Assembly (NCBI GenBank): GCA_020137815.1
Contig: CM035356.1
Span: 2,046,001-2,110,000, forward strand
Length of the DNA: 64,000 nucleotides
Direction: 5' to 3'
Source of the DNA: Hormiphora californensis
Lineage: Eukaryota > Animalia > Ctenophora
Shown here: piece after piece, positions 1 to 12,496 of the stretch
Numbering within the stretch: the stretch's first letter is position 1
Layout of the letters: each line of letters begins with the position of its first letter
The notes under the pieces: model-generated
Database searches by the model: none
Told to the model about the DNA's origin: nothing
What the model saw: only the letters and a program-made list of their open reading frames with translations
Made by a program: the position numbers and the translations under genes

Positions 1-61
<61 letters not shown>

Positions 62-175
62 TCTCTCTCACTCTCTCGCTCTTTCCTTGGCTTCGAGAAC
101 ATCTCAGGGATGTCTCATTTCCTAAATTCTCAGCGAAGAACGGAAATGAGACACGGTGACAATCTTGAGACAAAC

Positions 176-3100
176 CTTTTCAAAATGATGTATGGCCAGC
201 CAGATTTCCCCCTGTGCGTTATACACACACCCCAGGTTGCTCCATGCAACTGCAAAGTCAGGTTGTGTCTCGATAGCTTTGTTGTAACACGATCTGGCGT
301 CGTCAAGTTTATTCATTGCTTTGTATAAGTTCCCCAGGTCACTCCGCACACAATACAGGTTCTGAAAAGAGATATAGAGTTTGAAAAACATGAATATCTC
401 AATAAAATGATGATAATAACGTCATAACCAAATATCATGATTCATAGGTAACTGGCTAAACTGGTTGTGGGCCAGCCGTTGTTGCTCCTCGTTGTCCTTG
501 CGTGTTCAAGTTGGTTGAACACAATAACCCGCGCAGAGAAACGCCGCGCACACCAAATGCTGAATTGGGTAGACTTTTGGTTGCGCGGAGTGAGCATAAC
601 CAGCGACAGAGACCACTTTTCGGAGAGCCTCGTGCGGGACGTTGCTCCTGCTCACTGATGCGGGGATGTATTAATAATATCTTACCGGGTTATATGCAAG
701 GGCGGTACGATAGGCATTCACAGCCTGGTCCAAGTCTCGGGCCGCTACAAGAGCCGCTGCCAGGTTGATATATCCGTCAATAAAATCTGGCTTTAATCTC
801 ACTGTGAGAGAGAGTAATTAGGGGGTAATTATAAAATAATTAATTCATTGGGATAATTAATTAAGAAAATGAATTGAAAATAAAGGAGATGATGTGAATA
901 CATGGCCCGCTCTTCTTCTTGTACGAGGATGCTACACCCCCTACACAGAAAAAAATAATAATGTGAGGCATGGTGTGAGGGGTGGTGCACTGTGAGGGGT
1001 GGTGCAGCACTGCGAAGAACACATGGAATGAGTGTTACTGCCACGTACAGCTTACTACTTATATACCCCCTGCCCCACCCACGATGTGAGAGGTAGTATG
1101 TAATCATAATCACACACTCAACCTCGCTCAACCACAATTTGTCACTTTACTTTTGACAAGTGACAACCACTCACTGACATACACTGACATGCACCCCTAT
1201 CACCCTGCTATCTGTTGTGTGTCATCGACTAGCATACAATGTGTTTTTCTAGATGTTTTTCTAGCCATGTGTGTCTGCTCAAATTACTGTCTCCATACAG
1301 GAATGAGAGCACTAGATAAAATTATACCGCTCTCCCAAACTATTATTGTAGAGACAAAGTTAAACATATGGTGACATGTCCACATAAAGTATCCGTCCAA
1401 AATAAACATTCAAACATAAAACATTCAAACATTGCTCAGACCTCTTTATTTTAGTCAGAAAGATTTCACACACACAATGCCGAGATAAGAGCTAAATTTC
1501 TGAATTTTTGATGACCGGTGCGATACAAATTTGTAACAAATGTGAAGTAACAAATGTGAAGTAAATGCAAATTAAATAGATCTGGACCACACCCCAACAT
1601 CATATCATCAAGAATTACCTGCCCAACGTGTGACATGAGACGGTTTTTACATGATATGAGTCAAGTGGTACATTGTAGAAACACCCTCCCGGTATTATAA
1701 TTGTACCAGGAACCGACCGAATCAGGAAATACTGGTCCCTGATTGGCTGATAACCAGTCACGTGACCAGAATAACGCGTTCTGATTGGTTGTTTACTGTG
1801 TCGGTCGGTTCCTGAATTGTACCTGCGTGTTGGTAATGTTGTAGAGCCTCAGTTAGCATTCCTTTCTCCTTATAAACATTACCCAGATTAGAGTAGGCCT
1901 CCGCGAGATGAGGATTCAGCTTTATAGCCATTGTACTGAACTGGGCCGACCTGAGGGGGGGGGGGGGGTTGAATCAATATTACCAGTGGTTTGAGTAGAG
2001 TCAAAGAAATATTGCACCTGCCGCTGGGAGAGTGAGAGTAAGAGAGAGTGAAAAAGAGAGTGTCGATGGAGAGAGAAAGAGAGGGTGGGAGTGAGAGAGG
2101 GTTGGAGTGAGACATAGAGAAACACTGATAGAAAGAGAGAGGTATTATAAATGATACAAAGAGTGGGACACTGTGGCACATGTTTCCTGGTGAAATGATG
2201 AGAGATGAGGCACACGGCCGGTGTAATGAAAATGTTATTCACTGCCATGACATGTTATACTGCCCCACTGCCTACAAATAATTATCAACAATCGATATTC
2301 GATACCCGTCCCACCAAATTGGCTTGTTAGCACGGGGACGATCCAAAAAAGTGTACTTGATGCTTCCGTTCTACTGCTGTACTGTAAAAAAGTGGCCCGC
2401 TTTTTCACTAAATTAAATTGGATATTGGAAGTTCCTGAACGAGACATTTGACAAGAAACAGACATGAAGTGGAAGTACACGAGGGAGGGAGAGAGGGAAA
2501 TCTGTCACATTATTCTGTCTGAGGAATCATACCACACCAGTACGTGGGCTTCCTCTTGATTTAAAACAGACAAAACTTGTGAACAAAAAAGTTATAATTC
2601 TACTACGAACACAGTTTGATTGCCACTGACACACAGACATACGCTAAACTCGTTTAGCAACATTCAATTTGAGAGTGTGTGTTGTGTGTTGAACACTAAA
2701 CGAATACAGAAACACGGACATACACAAAAGTTACACATGCAGCTAAAATAGTGCCCTGACTGTGACACACAGTACTGACAGACAACATTTCAGTTATCGG
2801 GTATTTCATGATTTAGCTTCTCTCTTGATGCAATTTCTCCTATTACTGATACATCCAATCTTCCTTGTCTGTCACATGCTAAATAGGTGTCTAATAACAC
2901 GTACAAATTGGTTTAATAATCACAACTACACACAGGTATTTTACCAGAGTCTAATTATTTGATTAAATAATCATACTCACATAGACAAACTAATCCTCGA
3001 GAGGAACACATAGACAAACGCACATTCTGGCCCCCTTGAGAAACAAGAACTGAAGGACTGCAGTTCGGAGCTTTGCAGCGCTATGACGTATGTGTCCGGG

Positions 3101-3837
3101 GTAGAGGTAATGATCATTTTATTTCCATAATTTTGCTCTCATATAACATCACTTAACATAAATCTTGAAAACAACATAAAATTTATTATGCATATATGAT
3201 CACGTTTATGTTACTCCGGGAAAAGCGTTTTAAAAAGTATGTTAATAAGATGGGACCAGTTTAAAAAGTTTTCGAGAACTTCAATTTTCTTTACGGGACA
3301 AAGTTTGTTCTTACGATGCATATCTGAAAAAGACTGGGTAAATTTGGATTTTCAGCTTCTAATTAAACTTTCTAGCGCTCTGAAGCAGTGATCATTGGAC
3401 ATTGATCAATGACACGAGAAGATATTTAACACATCCCTTTGGAAAAATACGGAATCAATTTCCTGGTTTCGTTATCAATTTTCCAATGTTTGTCTGTGTG
3501 CGGTGAGTGTAAATGTGAGTGAATGTGAGTGCATGGTTAAATGGTAGCAATGATAGCAATGGTACTATACATACTTGTCAAGCTTCCGGCACTGGAAATG
3601 AATCGATGAGATAAGTAGTAGAACACCGGTGTTAGTGGGATCTCTCTTCCACAGCTCCATACAAAGCTGCTCCGCTCTCTCGTAGTTGCCATTGCTGTAC
3701 TCCCTGTGAGCCAGCTCGGCAAGAGAACGAAGTGGAATAATCACCACACTGTTATTAGCGGTTGTCTGGGGCAGCTGTCCAGATGGGGAAGTGTACAAAT
3801 TGGTGTGCATCATTCCGACATCGTTATTGATGATCAT
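176..3837 (-). CDS. OGT: O-GlcNAc transferase, N-terminal TPR exons (3837-3575, 1950-1823, 801-686, 361-176); gene continues beyond the window start
   Basis: Spliced translation [36 protein letters not shown] / [16 protein letters not shown] / [16 protein letters not shown] / [39 protein letters not shown] is near-identical to OGT TPRs; GT-AG boundaries are in frame. Confidence 0.95.
1707..1814. mobile_element. 108-bp hAT-like MITE
   Basis: TIR CAGGAACCGACCGA..TCGGTCGGTTCCTG; 8-bp TSD AATTGTAC at 1699-1706 and 1815-1822. Confidence 0.9.
3007..3500. mobile_element. Probable MITE in OGT intron
   Basis: Terminal CACATAGACAAAC / GTTTGTCTGTGTG inverted repeat; no clear TSD. Confidence 0.45.
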
Positions 3838-3949
3838 GATGTCCTCCTTTTTCTCCGTTAAGATTGTGCAAGCAAGGGCACTGGAGAGCGGCAGCTAAAA
3901 AACTAAACAAGGAGCAAAGTCACATTCGATTCAACCGGTTGTAGAGCGC

Positions 3950-4180
3950 CGAGAGATGACGGCAACGACCACGGCTTCAAAATTCTTACCGCGGGAACGA
4001 ATATGGGCATCAGGTGATCGCCTTATATGGTCAACACGTGGCACCTCAAACGCTTCGCGGTGCTATTTGCTCCTTCATCAAAATTATCATCTTTCAACGA
4101 ATAAAATAGGCGCGCGCAACCAAAATGTCCAGTTTTAGGCACGCGCAAAACCAAATTATACGCCGCGCACAAGAATCTCA
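3950..4180. promoter_or_regulatory. CpG/CGCG-rich putative promoter of OGT, divergent from the zinc-finger cluster
   Basis: Local CGCG enrichment just upstream of the OGT 5' acceptor (TTTAGTTTTTTAG, ~3895). Confidence 0.4.
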
Positions 4181-4234
4181 ACCTCGATCGTCATCAAAAA
4201 CGAAACAGTTTTTTCTCTCTTTTTTAATTTATAG

Positions 4235-4645
4235 GACGTGGTATGTACTGGACTCTGGAGGGATATGCAGTTGAGTTATTTTGATGTACGGGTCTTCCAT
4301 CCAAATGCCCCATCTTACATAACTCAATCGATAGGCAGCCTCTACAGATCGAAAGAAGCAGGGAAGAAGCAAGCGTACGGGCAAAGAGTCAGAGAGGTAG
4401 AGGGAGGAACATTCACCCCTCTCGTCATGAGCACCTTTGGCGGCATGGGAGATGAGTTTGAGAGATTCCTCAAGAAGTTATCGAGGAGGGTTTCAGACAA
4501 GACCAAGGAACCCTATGCAGAAGTTATCAGCCACTTCAGAACAAGGCTGCGATTCGGACTTTTGAGGGCCTGTCTGATCGCCCTTCGAGGGAACAGGAGA
4601 AAGATCGTGCCTATCAATATGCACGAAGTTGAACTTTTAACGTAA
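4235..4645 (+). mobile_element. 5'-truncated CRE-like non-LTR retrotransposon fragment (restriction-like endonuclease C-terminus)
   Basis: FDVRVFHPNAPSY..KKQAYGQRVREVEGGTFTPLVMSTFGGMG..RLRFGLLR..LRG resembles RLE domains of CRE-clade elements; no RT present. Confidence 0.7.
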
Positions 4646-4878
4646 AATGATATGAGATTTTAGTCACTATTTATTTATTTGTGTATGTTTATAAGTCGCA
4701 TGGGACGTGCGAGGTGTACCAGGAGTGGTGGATTGTGAAGCCACTCTTGTTGTGTCCCTCTCCCATCTTCTCCGTGTCCCAACACAACACTTTAATGGTA
4801 CACCCGCACAGTCGTGTTCCTTTCTTACAGTATATTTCTTTCTTTGATTTATTACAGTTTTTATCATTGTCAAGTGTC

Positions 4879-5033
4879 TAAAGTCGGATTTTTTGAAGTT
4901 GTCACCCCCCTTCTCGTGCGCGGAATGTTTTTGCGCGTCACATCACATGTTAACGTGTGGTGTGCGCGTCAAAATTGATAAATTTCACATGCGCGGTCAT
5001 TTGGGGGTGACAACTTCAAAAAATCCGACTTTA
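4879..5033. mobile_element. MITE, TAAAGTCGG-TIR family
   Basis: ~30-bp TIR TAAAGTCGGATTTTTTGAAGTTGTCACCCC; same TIR family at 61955-62180. Confidence 0.8.
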
Positions 5034-5280
5034 CACGTATTTATATTCAGGCCGATGTTGGCCGCCACCCCCCTCTTTTTTAAAAACATTTTTTAAACAC
5101 TTGGTGAAACGTGAACCGACTACCCAGAGCGTCATTAACATCTTTAAATGACGGGACTGTGGAAAAATCGCTATCCTTCGACAACCAATTTATTTTTCAA
5201 ACGATCATCTGCTCAGTTTAACGCAGTAAAATTGTTTAAAGACCTCCCGTGAGCTAGTGTATGTTGATTGTGATTCAATG

Positions 5281-5437
5281 TATACTCCATTTTTTTTCAA
5301 CTGTTCACCCCCAAAGTCGTGCGCGGAATTGTTTTGTGCGTTTATCACATGTTAACGTGTAGCGCGCGCCACAAAAATTCTAAATTTCACTGAAATTTCA
5401 ATTTTGGGTGAACAGTTGAAAAAAAATGGACTTTATA
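5281..5437. mobile_element. Related MITE, diverged TIR
   Basis: TIR TCCATTTTTTTTCAACTGTTCACCC; internal sequence similar to 4879-5033 (TCGTGCGCGGAAT..TCACATGTTAACGTGT). Confidence 0.7.
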
Positions 5438-5667
5438 CAAATTAGATAGATTAAATAATAATAAATAAATCCCGTTAGCTAGAAAGGTTAAAAAGAGACT
5501 CACCACAGCATGAGAGAACAGCAGCCATTAGACACACCAATATCACGCGTCATACTGCGAGAGACCCAGAGCAGGAGACCCCCCAGTATGACGCATGAAG
5601 TTCAATCTGATATCGATTATTGGCGTGTCTCCTTCTATCACTAATGAATAATTTTTTTCAGCGAGAT

Positions 5668-8046
5668 ATGGCAAAAAGAAGAAGAAAATTCGTTATTCCT
5701 TCCCTCTTGAAAACGGAGCAAATTGAGGTGGAAGTTGACGTCAAACCAGAGATTGCCACGCCCTGCACAGACTCCAAGAGTTCCATATCTTCGAACAACA
5801 TTTTATTCACATGTTTGGCTTGCGGAAAATCTGGTTATCACCATTTGGGTTTAGGGTACCGAGTTGTTAAAACGGCTATGTTGGTGGAGGCTGGTACTCA
5901 AACTGGGGATGAGTCTAGTGACCCTGACATTCAATTAAAAGATTCTGGAATGTTAGGGGATATGAGACTCTTGGATTGTGACATTTCTAAAGATCCTGTA
6001 AAATATATAGATGGGAATGGTGCCACAAACTCAATTCCTGCTACTTCTACTGCTTCACCAATTATTGTGTCTTCTGATGATGGTAAGCTTCTTTCATCTC
6101 GCTGCCATTTACTTTTTTCTCATTTCATTCACAAATCACACCCCTTGTACATAGTAGTTAGGAACACTATTGGTGCGCGGTCGTGCCCACGGAAGGAGTG
6201 CTTGGATCATCTTGAAACCGGTTTTAAGTTAACTAATGCATATCCAAAAGTGTCTGTAGCTATTTGGGTGATGTTCTGACAATCCAATCACGAGTTATGA
6301 CCAAAAAACAGTCAAAAAGACGTTTTAAAGTGACAAAAAGGAGGACCTGAACACAGCCCTTATATGAAGGGTTGGGGCTATGAAACTTCTTGAGTGGACA
6401 GAGAATCGTCCAAATTTGCAGTGTCAACTTTGGAATAGTTTCTATCTTTTGTAGTTATCTCATTAGAGCTGTTTAAACATGTGAGAAGATGCTGTAGGGG
6501 CCTCTAATACTGTGTATTTTTGCTTGTGAAGTGATCACTTGACGAGATTTACCCAATTAGAGAGCAGATTAAAGCATACAAGCGGTGAGAGCAAGCAATA
6601 TGGGGTGGAAACAGTACCAAATAACCCTGTTTTGCAGATCGTCTCACATGTTTGAACGGCTCTAATTAGATAACTACAAAAGATAGAAACTATTCCAAAG
6701 TTGACACTGCAAATTTGGACGATTCTCTGTCCACTCAAGAAGTTTCATAGCCCCAACCCTTCATATAAGGGCTGTGTTCAGGTCCTCCTTTTTGTCACTT
6801 TAAAACGTCTTTTTTGACTGTTTTTTGGTCATAACTCGTGATTGGATTGTCAGAACATCACCCAAATAGCTACAGACACTTTTGGATATGCATTAGTTAA
6901 CTTAAAACCGGTTTCAAGATGATCCAAGCACTCCTTCCGTGGGCACGACCGCGCACCAATAGTGTTCCTAACTATAGTGTCATTTGACCAATTTCACCTG
7001 TTTCAGATGACGATACCTCAGACGATGAGGAGTGTTCAGACGAAGAAGATTGTCTGGGTGAATCTGGTGGTGAGGAGGAGGAGGTTAGCAGCTCTGAAGA
7101 TGACATGATGTTGGGTCTTACAGATCTTAGTGACTCCAGTGAAGACGATGAGACAAATTGTATCCAGCAATCAAACCTTTCCCAGCAAATCCAACCATCT
7201 ACCCGGCCTGTTTCTTCCAGTTCTCATCGGATTTCTACCAGGATTAAACGAGCAAAAGCTAATCCATCTCAGGAACCTTCTTCCCCTGCGTCTTCATCCG
7301 ATTCCAGTGATGATAGGGAACATACTTCAAAAGTTGTCAATAAAACAAATGAGCAGAGTTCGTATTTCCAGTGTAAAATCAAGGGTTGTTCAGTTGAAAA
7401 ACCATCGGAGCAGGACTTGTTCGAGCACGTTAGAATTTACCACTCGGATAGAAAACACCGGTGTGATATTTGTCCAATGGCATTTGCAACTCTCGGTAAC
7501 CTCGGTATACACAGCAGAGTCCACACTGGAGATAAACCCTTTGAGTGTGATAAGTGTGATAAAAGATTCAAATGGAAAACTAACCTTGAAAATCACAGAC
7601 TTACTCACAGCAGTCAGTTGATGATTTCTTGTCGGGTAGGAAAGTGTGGATTGAGAATGCTCCGAGATAATCTGGAAGTGCATGTCGAAACAGCACACCC
7701 AGAATATAAGTATAAATGTCCCGGTTGCCCCAAGACATTCAAGACAAATGCTGCTTTTATTGTACACAAACGAGTACATACTGGAGATAAACCCTTTAAA
7801 TGTAAGGAGTGTGGAAAAAAGTTTTCCCAAATTGGCAATTTTCAATCCCATCAACGGATTCACGCTGGTGAGCGACCATTTAAATGTATGAAGTGTGGAA
7901 AAACATTTACACAGTTAGGAAACTTGAAGACGCATATGAGGATACACACCGGAGAGAAGCCCTTTTCGTGTACTACCTGTGGGGAACAATTCACTCAATC
8001 AACGTACCGGAAACTTCATGAGATATCCTGCTCAAAGAAACTCTGA
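5668..8046 (+). CDS. C2H2 zinc-finger protein, paralogue 1 (exons 5668-6082, 7007-8046; ~484 aa)
   Basis: About 8 C2H2 fingers with HTGDKPF/HTGEKPF linkers; phase-1 GT-AG intron joins the exons in frame; acidic linker. Confidence 0.9.
6155..6974. mobile_element. 820-bp foldback DNA transposon, 3-bp TSD TAG
   Basis: ~340-bp inverted arms starting TAGTTAGGAACAC; empty site visible in the paralogue intron; second copy at 33293. Confidence 0.92.
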
Positions 8047-8281
8047 TAATTTTATCTTTCTTTATGAATTTATTGCGTCTGAATGCAACAGTGGTGCTTG
8101 TAGGTATGTAGTAGGAAAGTGCTAACCGTAGTGCCTGAGGGTTTCATTGTTAATGATAGCATTGAAGTGTAATTGTAATGTTTCATCTTGTAATCTCACA
8201 AAGTTATCATTCATTTTAACCTTTCTGTAACCTATTTCTTGTCCAAGTCCAGACTAATAAACCATTTTTCTCCCACAAGGT

Positions 8282-9968
8282 ATGGCAAAACGCAAACTAA
8301 GATCTGGTACTGGAAGTTCAGCGAAAAACATCTCAAAATCAGCCAGGAAATTCCTCATTCCTGCCCTCCTGAAAACGGAACAAATTGAGGTGGAAGTTGA
8401 CGTTAAACCAGAGATTGCCACACCCTGCACAGACTCGAAGAGTTCAATAACTTCGAACAACATTTTATTCACATGTTCGGGTTGCGGAAAATCTGGTTAT
8501 CACCATTTTGGTTTAGGCTACCGACTTGTTAAAACGGCCATGTTAGTGGAGGCTGGTACTCAAACTGGGGATGAGTCTAGTGACCCTGACATTCAATTTA
8601 AGGATACTGGAATGTTAGGGGATATGGGACTCTTGGATTGTGACATTTCTAAAGATCCTGTAAAATATATAAATGGGGATGGTGCCACAAACTCAATTCC
8701 TGCTACTTCTACTGCTTCACCAATTATTGTGTCTTCTGATGATGGTAAGTTTCTTGCCTTGCTCCACCTGATCATTCCGTGCACTCCGTAAAGGAGGGTT
8801 AGAACATAACAATTCAAGCTTCTTTCATCTCGCTGTGATTTACTTTGCTCTCGTTTCATTCACACCCCTTGTACACAGTGTCATTTGACCTATTTCACCT
8901 GTTTCAGATGACGATACCTCAGACGATGACGAGTGTTCAGACGAAGAAGATTGTCTGGGTGAATCTGGTGGTGAGGAGGAGGTTAGCAGCTCTGAAGATG
9001 ACATGATGTTGGGTCTTACAGATCTCAGTGACTCCAGTGAAGACGATGAGACAAATTGTATCCAGCAATCAAACCTTTCCCAGGAAATCCAACCATCTAC
9101 CCGGCCTGTTTCTTCCAGTTCTCATCGGATTTCTACCAGGATTAAACGAGCAAAAGCTAATCCATCTCAGGAACATTCTTCCCCAGCGTCTTCCTCTCAT
9201 CCCAGTGGGGTTATTTCTTCTAAAGGATATGATGATAGTACTCAAACTTTCAAAGTTGTCAATGAAACAAATGAGCAGAGTTTCCAATGTAAAATCAGAG
9301 GGTGTTCAGTTGAAAAACCATCGGAGCAGGACTTGTTCGAGCACGTTAGAATTGACCATTCAGATAGAAAACACCGGTGTAATATTTGTCCTATTGCTTT
9401 TAAAATGAAAGGTAACCTTACTATTCACAGCAGGACTCACAGTGAAGATAAACCCTTTGAGTGTGATGAATGTGGAAAAAGGTTCAAATGGAAAGGTTCT
9501 CTTCGTTATCACAAAGTTTCTCACAGCGGCACACCGTTAATGATGCCTTGTCGTGTAAGGAACTGTGGACTAAGAATGCTCCGAGAGAATCTAAAAGATC
9601 ATGTAAAAACAGCACACCCAGAATATAAACATAGATGTCCCAGTTGCCCCAAGACATTCAAGTTTAATGCTACTCTTATTGTACACAAACGAGTACATAG
9701 TGGAGATAAACCCTTTAAATGTAAGGAGTGTGGAAAGAAGTTTAACCAAATTGGCAATTTTCAAGCGCATCAACGGATTCACGCTGGTGAGCGACCATTT
9801 AAATGTATGAAGTGTGGAAAAACATTTACACAGTTAGGAAACTTGAAGACGCATATGAGGATACACACCGGCGAAAAGCCTTTTTCTTGTACTACCTGTG
9901 GGGAACAATTCAGTCAATCAACGCTCTGGAGACTTCATGAGGTTTCTTGCTCAAAATATCAGACATGA
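8282..9968 (+). CDS. C2H2 zinc-finger protein, paralogue 2 (exons 8282-8744, 8908-9968; ~507 aa)
   Basis: Tandem duplicate of 5668-8046 with the same intron position. Confidence 0.9.
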
Positions 9969-10462
9969 GTTAATTGCGTCTGAATGTAACAGTAGAAGTT
10001 TCGAAAATAGTATTTTGCGTGCTAAACGTAGGGCATCACTCGTGAGGGTTAGGTATCAACAAAAAGAAAGCACTGAAAGCATTGAAAGCAAAGTGTGATC
10101 ATCGCTGTGCCAAATGTGCACCCTGTTAATCTAGCGAAAATTAGTCAATATTTAGAACGCTTCTTACAGCTTTGAACCGCGACCGTTGTCTCACTATAAG
10201 CAGCCTTTTAATGGTAGCAAGCAACTGTTATAGTCGTTTTTATCAAATGGACATTCAGAGGTCTTTCGATAGGACCCACACTGACCATTATATGTTTTTA
10301 TGAAGTGTATTATACTCGGTGAATTGTAATTGTCATATTTTAACTTGTTATCTCATGAAGTTTGCATTTTATTATTAGTATTTCATTTATTTTAACCTGC
10401 CTATAACCTGCTATAGAACCAGTCACTTAATACCTGATTTGCTCTAGCGATGAGACAATAGT

Positions 10463-12427
10463 ATGGAGAGAAAGTTACTACACGCAGGCCACAACCATCC
10501 CCACCGGGAACTTAGTGACAAGGAGAAACAATTCGTGTAAGTATACTCTAAACATGTTATATTTTTTTATACCAAAAGCTAACAGAAATTAGTTGATTGG
10601 AAAGGTGACCAATTTTGTTTTGAAACTGCCACCTTTGCCCTCTCCCGGGATTTTCATCAATTGGTGTAGTGGGACTGGGGGTCTCGCTATGGACGTCGAA
10701 AAATGCCAGTCTTGTATCAACTAACTATCGTCTAACACCTCTTCTTCCTCAGTGCAGAGCAGGCGGAATGGCAAAAAGAGCACGAGGGTCACGAGGTGAT
10801 GCATGCTGAGATGTTACTGGTGCTATTTGGAATGCTGTTCCTCTCTCAAATTGTACTGATTATCTGGAAAACCAAACACGCCCGATCCTATAATGTTAGT
10901 ATTCCCACATTCTATTCTGATCTCTAGATTCAATTATCATACTGTAATCTTGTTCTCCGACACTCCAAAATGATATCTCACTAACCTAATCTTGTCAATT
11001 ATATCTCTGACTCCTTCCTTCAACCTCTTAGATAGTGTCCCTGACGGGTTTATGGATAATACCTCTTGGGATGTCTGTGTACCATAGCTATTGGCGCTTT
11101 TGTGGTGTTTGGATGTTATTCACCCTTGTCACCCTTTACATAATCAAGCTAGCCCGATGTAAACCACTGGGAGGAAAGACGCCAAGGTTAGAGAAAGACA
11201 CCCCTTATAACCTATCTTTGTTCTCCCCTTCTATTCCCTCCTCTCTTTCCCTCTACCTTTCCAGCTCTTACCTTCTTTCCCAATATCTACCTTTCTCTCA
11301 CTCTATCTCTACCTTCGTCTCCCATCTCTAACCCGACATGAAATTAATTGCAGGTTGGTATATAAGTGGTTTCAGTTCACCTACAATGCCTCGTATGGAT
11401 TTGGTATCTGCTCCTATGTAATCATGATGTGCGTCCTCTTTGGTAAGTCTTAGTTTAGTACTTACCGTAAGTGTGACTCACAAATTAATTGCTAAGTAAG
11501 TGTGACTTACATATTAATTGCTAAGCACTAAATTATGTTCCAACATCTTTCTACCATGGATGGTAAACTTGAACCCAGTTTTTATGACCCACTCTCTGTT
11601 CAGGCCTACATATGCTGTTTACCGAAGACCCCGAACCCGTCATTGACTTTTGTATCGTCCTATTCTTCTACGGGGGCTACTTTGGTGTTTTGGGTCGTGA
11701 TCTCAGTGAACTATGTGCTGAAGAAATGGCGTCTACCATTGGCGTAAGTAAGGATTTTGTAATATTTGATATTTCCCACTGCCATATAGTTCCACCAAAC
11801 GACCAACACCATTTCTATATGTCTCCCCTTCGTCTCATTAATCAATGATATTAATATAATGATATATCCATCCTACACCCTCTCCCTCAGTACTACGATA
11901 AAGATTCCATCTCAAGTCGATCGTTGGAGGATAATATTTGTGCGGTTTGTGGGCAAAGTACCACTACCCCGGACGATGCTACTGACCCTGAACCAGTCTA
12001 CAAACTATCTTGTGGACATGTGTATCCTTTACTGCTTTATTACTGCTATTACAGCCCCTGATGTTAATCACTTTCTGGCTACTTAACTGACGGGGACGAG
12101 AAAGATTGTCGGCTTCATACTTTTGGCTTTCCGCGCGCCGACTCCAAATTGATTCCTTGTATTAAAATAAGTTGGTGTAAGTACTCGTTCCACGCGCGTT
12201 TTGTGCAATAATGTGCAGAAATGAGACGTCATACCCGGTCTTGCAATAACAATCAACACATCAACATGTCTCATTACAGAGGGGACCTAAATCAATAAAC
12301 GTTATTGTTTTCCTTAACTCCTGAAATCCAGATTCCACGATTATTGTATTAGAGGATGGTGCATCATTCGGGAAAAAACAAACTTGTCCCTACTGCTAAA
12401 GAAAAGGTAAAGAGGATAAATGATAAT

Positions 12428-12496
<69 letters not shown>

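Noticed and set aside
12055-12095. C/D-box snoRNA-like CCCC-TGATG..CTGA-CGGGG in the U12 intron
   Set aside because: Only ~40 nt with an imperfect C box.
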